DNA of 32,000 nucleotides from Acidothermus cellulolyticus 11B. GTDB taxonomy: Bacteria; Actinomycetota; Actinomycetes; Acidothermales; Acidothermaceae. Below are positions 21,438 through 30,470 of this stretch, one piece after another. The translations under genes were made by a program, and so were the position numbers. Location: positions 720,001 to 752,000 of the forward strand of contig NC_008578.1 of assembly GCF_000015025.1 (NCBI RefSeq), read 5' to 3'. Under the pieces are notes generated by a model, which was not told the origin of the DNA, searched no databases, and saw only the letters and a program-made list of their open reading frames with translations. Position 1 is the stretch's first letter, and each line of letters begins with the position of its first letter.

Positions 21438-22295
21438 ATGACGAGCGACCCGGCACCCACGTCGACTCCGGATCCGGCGGCCGAGCCACCCGCGCCCGGC
21501 ACCTTGCCGCCCGCGCCCGGCGCCTTCGTCTGGCTCGAGGTGCGCGACAGCATCGGCACGATCCGGCTGCACCGGCCCCCGGTGAACGCGCTGAACGCCG
21601 TCATGCAGGACCAGCTCCGGCAGGCGGCGCAAGAGGCGGCCGCCCGGGACGACGTCCGCGCGGTCATCGTGTACGGCGGAGCGCGGGTCTTCGCGGCGGG
21701 CGCCGACGTCCGGGAAATGGCAGCGATGAGCCGCGACGACATGGCAGCGCGCGCTGAGCCGTTGCAGGCCGCATTCGACGCCGTGGCGGCCATTCCCAAG
21801 CCGGTGATCGCCGCGATCGCCGGCTATGCGCTGGGCGGCGGCTGTGAACTTGCCCTCGCTGCGGACCTGCGCATCTGCGCCTCGGATGCCCGGCTTGGCC
21901 AACCGGAGATCCTGCTCGGCGTCATCCCGGGCGCCGGGGGAACCCAGCGGCTGCCCCGGCTGATTGGGCCCGGACGGGCCAAGGAACTTATCTTCACCGG
22001 CCGGATGGTGGACGCTGACGAAGCGCTGCGGATCGGCCTGGTGAACGCGGTGGTGCCGGTCGCCGAGCTCTACGCCGAGGCGTGGCGGTGGGCGCGGACG
22101 TTCGCCGCGGGCCCGGCCCGGGCGCTCGCTGCGGCGAAGCGGGCGATTGACGGCGGGCTGGCGACCTCGCTGGCCGACGGTCTCCGTCTCGAACGGACGG
22201 AATTCGTCGAACTCTTCGCCACCGAGGATCGGACGATCGGTTTCCGGTCGTTCCTGGAGTCCGGGCCGGGCAAGGCGCATTTCGTCGGCCGATAG
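21438..22295 (+). CDS. Enoyl-CoA hydratase/isomerase (crotonase family)
   Basis: GGAGG lies 4 nt before ATG 21438. Crotonase oxyanion-hole contexts are [10 protein letters not shown] and [19 protein letters not shown]. The N-terminal leader of about 28 aa is Pro/Ala/Thr-rich. Confidence 0.9.
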   Translation: MTSDPAPTSTPDPAAEPPAPGTLPPAPGAFVWLEVRDSIGTIRLHRPPVNALNAVMQDQLRQAAQEAAARDDVRAVIVYGGARVFAAGADVREMAAMSRDDMAARAEPLQAAFDAVAAIPKPVIAAIAGYALGGGCELALAADLRICASDARLGQPEILLGVIPGAGGTQRLPRLIGPGRAKELIFTGRMVDADEALRIGLVNAVVPVAELYAEAWRWARTFAAGPARALAAAKRAIDGGLATSLADGLRLERTEFVELFATEDRTIGFRSFLESGPGKAHFVGR

Positions 22296-22316
22296 CCGCC
22301 TCGAGCAGGGCGTCGA

Positions 22317-23825
22317 TCAGCCGCGTTGATCGTCTAGGGCGGCTTCGATGAGCCCGAGCGGCGGCGCGCCGAGGCGCAGCAAGGCGGCATGGAACCGCTG
22401 GTGGGAGTATGCCGGCCCCCAGGTGCGGCGGGCTTTCTCCTGCAGGGCGCGGATTTCCAGCTTTCCCCAGGTGTAGCGGCCGTACGTCGGATCGAACGTG
22501 GCACGGCGGGCCTCCGAGAGCGCGGCCGGCCCGGCGAGAAATGCGTCGGAGGCAAAGCGCGCCGCCGCGTCGGTCACCGTCATCGCCCCGGTGTGGATGC
22601 CGATGGCGCAGGCCAGCCGGGTTACCCGTACCAGGGCCTCGATGGCCATGCCGATGGTCACCCGCGGATCGCCGGAGCGGAAACCGAGATCCACGCAGAG
22701 TTCTTCGATGTAGTGCGCCCACCCTTCGGTGAAGGACGGCGAGACGAGAATTTGCCGCACCAACGTCGGAGCGCGGCGGAGCGCGCGGCCGTGCGCGAAA
22801 TGGCCGGGTGAGACCTCATGCAGGGTGATCAGCGGCAGGGTCGTGCGGGAGAACACCTTGAGCCACGCCTCGACGTCCTCGGCCGGCCAGGCCGGATCCG
22901 GCGGAGTGACCCAGTAGAACGACGGCCCGTCCGGTTCACCGGGCGCCGCCCACGCCATCATGGCCATGCCCCAGCGACGCGATTCTGGTGCCGGCCCGAC
23001 TACGCACTCCCCATCGAGGTAGGGCACCAGCTGGTGCTGCGCGGTGAATGCCAGTACCTCATCGACCTGCGCCTGGGCCTCGGCGAGGACCCCGTCGGCG
23101 TCTGGGTGGTCGGCGAGCAGCCGTTCGACGACCTCGTTCGGGGCGGCGGTCGGGTCAATACGGGCGCACGCCTCACGGAGGATTTCCCGTAACCGGTCGC
23201 GTTCGGCGTCCGCTTGCTCGGCGAGCCGGCCGAGATCGACCGTCAGTGCCTCGCCGGCACCCATGAGGGCGGAGAGTGCCTGCGCACCGAGGCTGACGTC
23301 CGGCGGGCCGGTCTGGGCTGCCCGGCGCACATGGGCGACAAATCGCTGGTGTGCGGCGAGAGCGCGTTGCACAACCTCATGCGAGCCGTCGAACCCGGCG
23401 GCAAGCCCCTCAGCCGGTCCGAGGAGGGCCTCGGCGACCGGCGCGGGGACGGCGTCCAATGACGCGATCGCCATGTCGACGGCGTCCGGCCATGCCGCGA
23501 GATGCGCGAGCTTTGCCGCTTCCCGGTCCTCCTTCGGCGCGTATTCCCGGTCATAGCAGGAGACGTCCAAGTTGGCGAGGTGAACGAGCGGATTCCGCCG
23601 GTGCATCTCCAGGTCGCCGAAGAAGACCCGCAGCGCGGACTCGAAGGCGGCGACGTGCGCCTCGTCGTGCGGGTCAGCGAGCGTCGGCCCGCCGAGCCGG
23701 GAAAGGCCGGCACGAATTCCATCCGGCGACAGGTCCTGGATCCGGCCGTCGTAGTCGTGTAAGCCGGCCCCCTCCCGGGCCTCCGGAACTTGCAGATCGC
23801 ATATCGCGCGGAGCCGGTCGTCCAT
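22317..23825 (-). CDS. DUF885-like protein (putative metallopeptidase fold, HExxPGH motif)
   Basis: LHEVSPGHFAH and the downstream TEGWAHYIEEL resemble the DUF885 signatures HEAxPGHH and EGWAxYxE. Function is unknown. Confidence 0.6.
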   Translation of the reverse strand: MDDRLRAICDLQVPEAREGAGLHDYDGRIQDLSPDGIRAGLSRLGGPTLADPHDEAHVAAFESALRVFFGDLEMHRRNPLVHLANLDVSCYDREYAPKEDREAAKLAHLAAWPDAVDMAIASLDAVPAPVAEALLGPAEGLAAGFDGSHEVVQRALAAHQRFVAHVRRAAQTGPPDVSLGAQALSALMGAGEALTVDLGRLAEQADAERDRLREILREACARIDPTAAPNEVVERLLADHPDADGVLAEAQAQVDEVLAFTAQHQLVPYLDGECVVGPAPESRRWGMAMMAWAAPGEPDGPSFYWVTPPDPAWPAEDVEAWLKVFSRTTLPLITLHEVSPGHFAHGRALRRAPTLVRQILVSPSFTEGWAHYIEELCVDLGFRSGDPRVTIGMAIEALVRVTRLACAIGIHTGAMTVTDAAARFASDAFLAGPAALSEARRATFDPTYGRYTWGKLEIRALQEKARRTWGPAYSHQRFHAALLRLGAPPLGLIEAALDDQRG

Positions 23826-23831
23826 GGGCGC

Positions 23832-23837
23832 ACGCTA
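23832..23837 (-). promoter_or_regulatory. -10-like hexamer TAGCGT, 6 nt upstream of ATG 23825
   Basis: The minus-strand sequence reads GCGATAGCGTGCGCCCATG, with no Shine-Dalgarno sequence. Confidence 0.35.
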
Positions 23838-23946
23838 TCGCGAGATCGCCGAGCCAGCCGGGGCGGCCGGGCTTCGTCGTCGCCTGGCGGCGTCGCCGAA
23901 GCGGTTGCAGCCCGCACATCCCGGCCTGGATAGAGTCCGGCTAGGC

Positions 23947-23965
23947 GGGCCGCGGGACGCGGCCC
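23947..23965 (+). other. GC hairpin in the etfB upstream region
   Basis: GGGCCGCG-GGA-CGCGGCCC forms an 8-bp stem with a 3-nt loop. It lies 9 nt upstream of the GGGAGG RBS (23975-23980) of etfB. Confidence 0.3.
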
Positions 23966-23986
23966 CGGAGGTGCGGGAGGTCCGGC

Positions 23987-24769
23987 GTGCGCATTGTCGT
24001 CCTCGTCAAGCAGGTGCCGGACACCTGGTCGCCGAAGCGGTTGCGCAGCGAGGATTTCCTGCTGGACCGCGCGGCGGCCGACGGTGTGATCAACGAGCTG
24101 GACACCTACGCCGTTGAGGAGGCGTTGCGGGTCAAGGAGCGGCTGGGCGAGGGGTCGGTCGTTGCGATGACGATGGGCCCGCCGGCTTCGGCCGAGGCGG
24201 TGCGCAAAGCCTTGCAGATGGGCGCCGACGAGGGCGTCTGCATTGTCGATGACGTCCTCGCCGGGAGCGACGCGGTCGTCACCTCGGCGGTGCTGGCGGC
24301 GGCAATCCGGCGGGCCGGTTTCGACCTCGTCATCACCGGTGCTGAGTCGACGGATGCGCGGATGGGTGTGCTGGCAGCCATGCTCGCCGAACAGTTGGCC
24401 GTGCCGCAGGCAACCCTCGCCGCCGAGCTTGCCGTTGAGGACGGCCGGGTGCGCATTCGCCGGGTGACCGGTGACGTGGAGTCCGACGTCGTCGCGGAGA
24501 CGCCGGCGGTGGTGAGTGTGCTCGAAAAGATCAATGAGCCGCGCTACCCGTCGTTCAAGGGCATCATGGCTGCGAAGACCAAACCGCTGGTGACCTGGAC
24601 GGCTGCGGAGCTGGGTTTCTCTGCGGACGCCGTTGGTCTCGCGGGTTCGCCCACCGAGGTGGTCGCGATGGAGGAGCGCTCGACCGAGCGGGCGCGGATT
24701 CTCGTCACGGACGACGGCGACGCCGCCGCACGACTCGTGGAGTTTCTCGCATCGCGGCAACTGGTGTGA
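23987..24769 (+). CDS. etfB: Electron transfer flavoprotein beta subunit
   Basis: MRIVVLVKQVPDT N-terminus and an overall EtfB/FixA-like sequence. GGGAGG lies 6 nt before GTG 23987. Confidence 0.93.
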   Translation: MRIVVLVKQVPDTWSPKRLRSEDFLLDRAAADGVINELDTYAVEEALRVKERLGEGSVVAMTMGPPASAEAVRKALQMGADEGVCIVDDVLAGSDAVVTSAVLAAAIRRAGFDLVITGAESTDARMGVLAAMLAEQLAVPQATLAAELAVEDGRVRIRRVTGDVESDVVAETPAVVSVLEKINEPRYPSFKGIMAAKTKPLVTWTAAELGFSADAVGLAGSPTEVVAMEERSTERARILVTDDGDAAARLVEFLASRQLV

Positions 24770-24825
24770 CGGTGTGACGGCTCGGCGGCGATCGGCGCCG
24801 GCCGGGCGAAGAGAGCGGGTGGCAG

Positions 24826-25791
24826 ATGGCGGAAATCCTCGTCCTTGTCGAGCACCGGAACGGCACTGTCAGCCGGCCGACGTTGGAGGCCCTGACGGCG
24901 GCCCGCGCGGTCGGCGAGCCGGTGGCCGTCGTCCTCGGTGCCGCCGCCGAGGAGTGTGTGTCAAGGCTCGGTGAATACGGCGCCGCTGAGGTGCTGCTCT
25001 GCACCGATCCGGCGGTAACCGAGGTCGTCGTCGCCGGTGTGGTCGACGTGCTGAGCACCGTCGTGCGGGAGCGGACGCCGGCGGCGGTGCTCGTCGTCGC
25101 CAGCGCGGAAGGAAAGGAAATCGCCGGCCGGCTCGCGGTTCGGCTCGGCAGCGGCGTCCTGACCGACGCGGTCGGCATCAGCGTCGACGACACGGGGGTC
25201 CGGGTGCGGCAGGCAATTTTCGGGGGTTCGACGGTGGTCACGTCCCGGGTGCGGCGCGGTGTTCCGGTGGTGAGCTGGCGGCCGAACGCTGTCCGCGCTG
25301 AGGCCGCGCCGGGTACACCGCGGGTCACCCCGATTGCGGCACCGCCCGGCGCTGACCGTCAGGCGCGGGTGACGGCGACCCGCGTGGCGGCCGGGGGCGG
25401 CCGTCCGGCGTTGAACGAGGCCTCTGTCGTCGTAGCCGGCGGCCGTGGCGTGGGGAGTGCGGAGAATTTCGCCCTCATCGAGGAATTGGCGGACGTGCTG
25501 GGCGGTGCCGTCGGTGCCTCGCGGGCGGCGACGGACGCCGGCTGGTTGCCCCACACCGCACAAGTCGGTCAGACCGGCGCCACCGTCTCGCCTGATCTGT
25601 ACATTGCCTGTGGAATTTCCGGCGCCATTCAGCATGTGGCGGGCATGCAGACCGCCAAAACCATCGTCGCCATCAATAAAGACCCGGAGGCGCCGATTTT
25701 TCAGATCGCGGATTTCGGCATCGTCGGTGACCTGCACCGTGTCGTGCCCGCGCTGATCCGTGAAATCCGGCGCCGCCGAGAGGGCGGCTGA
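24826..25791 (+). CDS. etfA: Electron transfer flavoprotein alpha subunit
   Basis: [11 protein letters not shown]-terminus. The C-terminal FAD-binding block is [11 protein letters not shown]...[24 protein letters not shown]...[14 protein letters not shown]. Confidence 0.93.
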   Translation: MAEILVLVEHRNGTVSRPTLEALTAARAVGEPVAVVLGAAAEECVSRLGEYGAAEVLLCTDPAVTEVVVAGVVDVLSTVVRERTPAAVLVVASAEGKEIAGRLAVRLGSGVLTDAVGISVDDTGVRVRQAIFGGSTVVTSRVRRGVPVVSWRPNAVRAEAAPGTPRVTPIAAPPGADRQARVTATRVAAGGGRPALNEASVVVAGGRGVGSAENFALIEELADVLGGAVGASRAATDAGWLPHTAQVGQTGATVSPDLYIACGISGAIQHVAGMQTAKTIVAINKDPEAPIFQIADFGIVGDLHRVVPALIREIRRRREGG

Positions 25792-25810
25792 CCGGCCTCC
25801 GGTCCTATCC

Positions 25811-25872
25811 ACGCGGCGTCCGGCTGGTTCTCATACCGCGGCGTCCGGCTCTCGTTCGCGCGCGGCGTCCGG
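25811..25872. repeat. Three direct copies of a 12-14-bp core at 25/24-bp spacing
   Basis: CGCGGCGTCCGG(CT) occurs at 25812, 25837 and 25861, separated by unrelated 10-12-bp segments. The array lies between the convergent etfA and ltaE stops. Confidence 0.85.
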
Positions 25873-25875
25873 TAC

Positions 25876-26934
25876 CTACCGCGCAGCGGCAGCGAATTCC
25901 GCGCGGATCGCGGAAACGAACGCGTCGACGTCGTCCTCGGTGGTGTCAAAAGCGCACATCCAGCGCACCTCACCGGTCCGTTCGTCCCAGACGTAGAACG
26001 GGTACTCGCGCTGCAGACGTTCGGATACCTGACGGGGGAGGGTGGCGAACACCGCATTCGCCTGTACGGGTCGGGTGATGCGGAGCCCCGGTATTGCGGC
26101 GGCGCCTTCGGCGAGCCGGCGAGCCATGGCATTGGCGTGGGCTGCGTTCCGCCGCCATAAATCGGTCTCCATGAGCCGGAGGAATTGCGCGGCGACGAAG
26201 CGCATCTTCGATGCGAGTTGCGTGCTGAATTTCCGCAGGTACGGGACGCCGTGGACGGCGTCCGGATTGAGGACGACGAGTGCTTCTCCGTACGCCAGGC
26301 CGTTCTTCGTGCCGCCGAAACTTAGCACGTCGACGCCGGCATCGGTGGTGAGGGTGCGCAACGAAACGCCGAGACCGGCTGCGGCATTGGCCAGCCGTGC
26401 GCCGTCCATATGGACGGTGAGTCCCCGCGCATGAGCGAAATCGGTGATGGCGGCGATTTCCTCGGGTGTGTAGACGGTGCCGAGCTCAGTGGCCTGGGTC
26501 AGCGATACGACCGACGGTTGTGCGTGGTGTTCGTCGCCGCGGCCGATGAGACGGTCGGCGATGGCGTCAACGGTCACTTTCCCGTCGGTTGCCGGAATGG
26601 TGAGCAATTTGAGCCGGCCGATCTTTTCTGGCGCGCCGCACTCGTCGGTGTTGACATGCGCGGTGTCGGCGCAGATGACGGCGTCCCACGGCCGTGTCAT
26701 GGCTTGGAGGCCGACGACGTTCGCCCCGGTGCCGGTGAGGACGAAGTACACCTCGGCGTTGTCACCGAAGTGGGTACGGAAAACCTGCCGGGCCGCCTCG
26801 GTGTACGGGTCGTCGCCGTACCCCATGACGTGGCCGCCGTTGGCCTCGGCGATGGCGTCCAGGATCTCCGGATGGACGCCGGCGCAATTGTCACTGGCAA
26901 AGCTGCGGCGATTCGGGTCGTGCCGTACCGTCAC
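25876..26934 (-). CDS. ltaE: Low-specificity L-threonine aldolase (PLP-dependent, beta-eliminating lyase family)
   Basis: FASDNCAGVHPEILDAI, the PLP-lysine context SFGGTKNG, and 352 aa length. GGGGAG lies 8 nt before GTG 26934. Confidence 0.85.
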   Translation of the reverse strand: MTVRHDPNRRSFASDNCAGVHPEILDAIAEANGGHVMGYGDDPYTEAARQVFRTHFGDNAEVYFVLTGTGANVVGLQAMTRPWDAVICADTAHVNTDECGAPEKIGRLKLLTIPATDGKVTVDAIADRLIGRGDEHHAQPSVVSLTQATELGTVYTPEEIAAITDFAHARGLTVHMDGARLANAAAGLGVSLRTLTTDAGVDVLSFGGTKNGLAYGEALVVLNPDAVHGVPYLRKFSTQLASKMRFVAAQFLRLMETDLWRRNAAHANAMARRLAEGAAAIPGLRITRPVQANAVFATLPRQVSERLQREYPFYVWDERTGEVRWMCAFDTTEDDVDAFVSAIRAEFAAAAR

Positions 26935-27022
26935 CGTCTGAACTCCCCGTTCTGGTTCGGGTCTGGTTGCGTCGCAGAACCGGCGAGCCTGCGTGGCCGG
27001 GAATCCGGCGATCGGAGTGCCG

Positions 27023-27727
27023 TCATGGTGTCTCCGGCGTCAGCCACAATCGCTGCCCATTGATCGCATCGGCCGGCCGGTCCCACAGCCCGGCAACGAC
27101 GTCCGCCAGCTCGTCAACGCCGGTGTACCCGGCGAAGGAGGCTTCCGGTCTGGCTCGGCGCTGTTCGGCGGTGGCGAGCGCCTGGACGACGAGCACGACG
27201 GCTGCCGCCGTCGTGCCGCGGAATGCGTCGGCGAGGGCGAGCGTCCACGCCTCGGCGGCTGCCTTCGCCGCCGCGTATGCCGCCGCGGCGGCGGATGGTC
27301 GGGTCGCTGCGGTTGCGGAGACCATGGCGAACCGGCCCCGGCCGCTGGCCAGCAGGGCGTCGTAGAACGCCCGGCTGGTGTGTTGCAGGCTTGTCACGAG
27401 CCGGGCGGAGAGCCATTGCCAGTCGCTGAGATCGGCGTCGCGCAGGTGGACGCCGCCGCGCCACCCGCCGACCAGGTGCACGACCCCGTCGACGTGTCCG
27501 TACCGCGCAATGACGCTGGCCGCCCACGCTTGGGTGGCCGCTTCGTCAAGGAGATCGACGGCGCAAGCCGCTGCGTGGTCACGGCCCAGCGTGTCCGCAA
27601 GCGGGCCGATCCGCCCATCGGAGTGGTCAGCGAGCGCTACCCGCGCGCCGCGGGCGACGAGTGTTCGGGCAATCGCCGGGCCGGCCATGCCACCGGCACC
27701 CGCGATGGCGACCACGGCGTCCCGCAC
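27023..27727 (-). CDS. Short-chain dehydrogenase/reductase (SDR) family oxidoreductase
   Basis: Rossmann N-terminus [16 protein letters not shown] and catalytic S...YAAAK. Start is ambiguous. GTG 27727 gives a canonical SDR N-terminus. The listed GTG 27841 adds 38 aa encoded by the 21-bp repeats. Confidence 0.8.
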   Translation of the reverse strand: MRDAVVAIAGAGGMAGPAIARTLVARGARVALADHSDGRIGPLADTLGRDHAAACAVDLLDEAATQAWAASVIARYGHVDGVVHLVGGWRGGVHLRDADLSDWQWLSARLVTSLQHTSRAFYDALLASGRGRFAMVSATAATRPSAAAAAYAAAKAAAEAWTLALADAFRGTTAAAVVLVVQALATAEQRRARPEASFAGYTGVDELADVVAGLWDRPADAINGQRLWLTPETP

Positions 27728-27750
27728 TCCCGGTCCACCGGAGGACGCCC

Positions 27751-27832
27751 CGGCGGCACGGGCAGGGGTTCCGGCGGTGCGTCCGGCGGCACGGGCGGGG
27801 GTTCCGGCGGCACGGGCGGGGGTTCCGGCGGA
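27751..27832. repeat. 21-bp tandem repeat (3 full copies plus partial copies)
   Basis: CGGCGGCACGGGC(A/G)GGGGTTC occurs at 27751, 27784 and 27805. A 12-nt partial copy lies at 27772 and a 7-nt partial copy at 27826. Confidence 0.9.
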
Positions 27833-27883
27833 ATCGGTCACGGCGGCAGGATCTCACGCTGCGGTGATCGTCGATTCACCGGT

Positions 27884-27889
27884 TAGGCT
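27884..27889 (+). promoter_or_regulatory. -10-like hexamer TAGGCT, 7 nt upstream of ATG 27897
   Basis: Context is CGGTTAGGCT followed by 7 nt and the ATG, with no Shine-Dalgarno sequence. Confidence 0.35.
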
Positions 27890-27896
27890 GGCGTCG

Positions 27897-29189
27897 ATGA
27901 CATTTCCTTCGGATGTCCAGAACCCCTTGGCGATGCCTCGCGTTCCAGCCGGATACCTCGACGTTCCACCCGGCCGCCCCGAGAGGCGCGACCACGTGGT
28001 GTACCTCGACCACGCAGCGACGACTCCGATGTTCCCGGAAGCGATCGACGCGATGCACGAATTGCTCAGCGTCGTCGGAAATCCGTCCTCGCTGCATGCC
28101 GCGGGTCGCCGGGCCCGTCGGGTCGTCGAAGAGGCGCGGGAGACGATTGCCCGGGCGCTGGGCGCCCGTCCCGGTGACGTGATTTTCACCTCCGGCGGCA
28201 CGGAGGCGGACAACCTCGCCGTCAAAGGCATTTTCTGGGCCCGGCGCGCCGAGGACGATCGACGTCGGCGCATCCTCATCGGGGCTACTGAGCATCACGC
28301 CGTCCTCGACTGCGCGGTCTGGTTGGCCGAGCATCAAGGCGCCGAACTGGTTGTCCTGGACGTCGACCGGGTGGGCCGGGTGCATCCGGAGACTGTTCGG
28401 GCCGCGATCGACGCGGATCCACGGTCGGTGGCTCTCGTCAGCGTGATGTGGGCCAACAACGAAGTCGGCACCGTCATGCCGATCCGCGACATCGCCGCGG
28501 TGTGCGCCGAGTACGGCGTTCCGTTCCACACGGACGCCGTGCAGGCGGTCGGCCAGGTTCCGGTCGATATCGGGGCGGTCGGCGTCGGTGCGCTGAGTCT
28601 CACCGCACACAAAATCGGCGGACCGTTGGGGGTCGGCGCCTTGGTGGTCCGCCGGGACGTCGGCGTCATGCCGGTGCTGCACGGGGGCGGTCAGGAGCGG
28701 GAGATTCGCTCCGGCACCCTCGACACGCCGGCGATCGCCGCGTTCGCGGTTGCGGTTGACCTCGCGGTGCGCCGCCAACCGCAGACCGCGGCTCGGCTGG
28801 CTGCGTTGCGCGATGACCTGATTGCGCGGGTCCAGGCGGCGATTCCGGATGTCGTCCTCACCGGGGATCCGGGCCCCGGCCTGGATCGCCGGTTGCCGGG
28901 GAATGCGCACTTTGCCTTTCCCGGCTGCGAAGGGGACGCGGTCCTCATGCTGCTCGACGCGCAGGGTATTGCCTGCTCGACGGGTTCGGCGTGCACGGCG
29001 GGCGTCGCCCGGCCCAGTCACGTGCTGCTGGCGATGGGTGCCGACGAGTCGCTCGCCCGCGCAACACTGCGCTTCTCGCTCGGTCATACGTCCACCGAGT
29101 CCGACGTCGATGCACTCCTCGCCGTCCTGCCGGGCGCGGTCGAGCGGGCCCGCCGCGCCGGGTCGCTAATGCCGGCACGGCGGAGCTGA
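27897..29189 (+). CDS. iscS: Cysteine desulfurase (class I NifS/IscS-like, PLP-dependent)
   Basis: [10 protein letters not shown], the PLP-lysine context [11 protein letters not shown], and the active-site loop GSACTAG. The listed ORF start at 27378 is antisense to the SDR and not credible. Confidence 0.9.
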   Translation: MTFPSDVQNPLAMPRVPAGYLDVPPGRPERRDHVVYLDHAATTPMFPEAIDAMHELLSVVGNPSSLHAAGRRARRVVEEARETIARALGARPGDVIFTSGGTEADNLAVKGIFWARRAEDDRRRRILIGATEHHAVLDCAVWLAEHQGAELVVLDVDRVGRVHPETVRAAIDADPRSVALVSVMWANNEVGTVMPIRDIAAVCAEYGVPFHTDAVQAVGQVPVDIGAVGVGALSLTAHKIGGPLGVGALVVRRDVGVMPVLHGGGQEREIRSGTLDTPAIAAFAVAVDLAVRRQPQTAARLAALRDDLIARVQAAIPDVVLTGDPGPGLDRRLPGNAHFAFPGCEGDAVLMLLDAQGIACSTGSACTAGVARPSHVLLAMGADESLARATLRFSLGHTSTESDVDALLAVLPGAVERARRAGSLMPARRS

Positions 29190-29205
29190 ACCGGGGGAGG
29201 GCACG

Positions 29206-30294
29206 ATGCGGGTGCTGGCTGCCATGTCGGGCGGCGTGGATTCCTCGGTGGCCGCGGCCCGCATGGTGGATGCCGGACACGAGGTCGTCGGTGTGCATTT
29301 GGCACTGTCCAGCACACCGCGCTCGCACCGGGAGGGTGCCCGCGGCTGCTGTTCGCTGGAGGACGCCCGTGACGCCCGTCGCGCCGCCGACGTCCTCGGA
29401 ATTCCGTTTTACGTCTGGGATGTCGCCGAACGGTTTCGGCAGGACGTCATCGAGGATTTTCTCGCCGAGTATGCCCAGGGCCGAACGCCGAATCCGTGCC
29501 TGCGGTGCAACGAGCGGATCAAATTCGCCGCGGTGCTCGACCGGGCGCTCGCCCTCGGCTTCGACGCCGTCTGCACCGGGCATTACGCACGGATTCAGCG
29601 CGGCCCGCAGGGCTTGGAGTTGCACCGCGCCGCCGATTCCGCGAAGGACCAGTCCTACGTCCTCGGCGTCTTGAGTCAACCGCAGTTGGAGCATGCGCTC
29701 TTTCCGCTTGGGGATTCGCTGAAGACCGAGGTCCGCGCCGAAGCGGCCGCCCGGGGTCTTGCGGTGGCGGACAAGCCGGATAGTCATGACATTTGCTTCA
29801 TCCCGGATGGCGACACCGCCGATTTCCTCCGCTCGCATCTGGGTGCGGCGCCGGGCGACATCGTCGATTCGTCCGGACGGCGGCTCGGTTCGCACGACGG
29901 CGCCTACCAATTCACTGTCGGACAGCGTCGAGGACTCCGCCTCGGTACGCCCGCCCCGGACGGCCGGCCCCGGTATGTGCTCGAGGTGTCTCCGGTCACC
30001 AGAACCGTGGTCGTGGGCACGGCGGACGAATTGTCGGTGACCGGGCTTACCGGCGTCCGTCCCATCTGGTGCGGGCCGCCACCGGACGCGCCGCTGGAGT
30101 GCACCGTCCAGTACCGAGCGCACGGCGCGGCGGCGCCCGCGGTCGTTGAGCTCCGCGGTGACGAGGTCGACGTGGAGTTCCGCGCGCCCGTTCGCGGCGT
30201 GGCGCCCGGTCAGGCGGCGGTTTTCTACGCGGACACCCGCGTTCTCGGCTCGGCGACCATCGCACGTACCCGCCGTGCGGCCGTGGGTTCGTGA
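29206..30294 (+). CDS. mnmA: tRNA 2-thiouridine(34) synthase
   Basis: PP-loop [15 protein letters not shown], plus the [10 protein letters not shown] and NPCLRCN cysteine contexts. GGGGGAGG lies 5 nt before ATG 29206, and the gene follows the desulfurase by 16 nt. Confidence 0.94.
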   Translation: MRVLAAMSGGVDSSVAAARMVDAGHEVVGVHLALSSTPRSHREGARGCCSLEDARDARRAADVLGIPFYVWDVAERFRQDVIEDFLAEYAQGRTPNPCLRCNERIKFAAVLDRALALGFDAVCTGHYARIQRGPQGLELHRAADSAKDQSYVLGVLSQPQLEHALFPLGDSLKTEVRAEAAARGLAVADKPDSHDICFIPDGDTADFLRSHLGAAPGDIVDSSGRRLGSHDGAYQFTVGQRRGLRLGTPAPDGRPRYVLEVSPVTRTVVVGTADELSVTGLTGVRPIWCGPPPDAPLECTVQYRAHGAAAPAVVELRGDEVDVEFRAPVRGVAPGQAAVFYADTRVLGSATIARTRRAAVGS

Positions 30295-30339
30295 CAAGTC
30301 CGTGGCGCAAACTGAGGGACTAACGACTCCGTGGCGCAG

Positions 30340-30420
30340 CCCGTATGTATTTCTCTTTCGGTTTATCTCTCGGGTTGCGTTGCTCCCGGCGGTATTTCTT
30401 TCCGGCTGCATTGCTCCGCA
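30340..30420. repeat. Low-GC, pyrimidine-skewed patch with imperfect internal direct repeats
   Basis: GTATTTCTCTTTCGG...TTGCGTTGCTCC is followed by GTATTTCTTTCCGG..CTGCATTGCTCC. It is preceded by two copies of TCCGTGGCGCA (30299 and 30328), 29 bp apart. Confidence 0.7.
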
Positions 30421-30425
30421 CGGCA

Positions 30426-30446
30426 CCGCAGCGGGCGCCGCGGCGG
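30426..30446. terminator. Hairpin downstream of merA
   Basis: CCGCAGCGG-GCG-CCGCGGCGG forms a 9-bp stem with one mismatch, 25 nt beyond the merA stop. Confidence 0.35.
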
Positions 30447-30470
30447 ATGTCACGGCGATGTCGCGGCGGA

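Noticed and set aside
21305-21799. The 165-aa N-terminal extension of the glgX ORF and the 67-aa extension of the echA ORF (21237..21437).
   Set aside because: Both extensions cross the shared divergent intergenic region and the 26-bp repeat, and they show no homology-like sequence. echA has a strong GGAGG RBS at its internal ATG 21438.
24762-24777. 8-bp tandem duplication GGTGTGAC x2 spanning the etfB stop codon.
   Set aside because: It is real but too short to distinguish from chance in GC-rich DNA. It is noted only as a minor instance of the boundary-repeat pattern.
25811-25885. Repeat-spacer layout that superficially resembles a mini CRISPR array.
   Set aside because: The repeats are only 12-14 bp and the spacers 10-12 bp, with just three copies and no cas genes or leader. 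This is far outside CRISPR dimensions.
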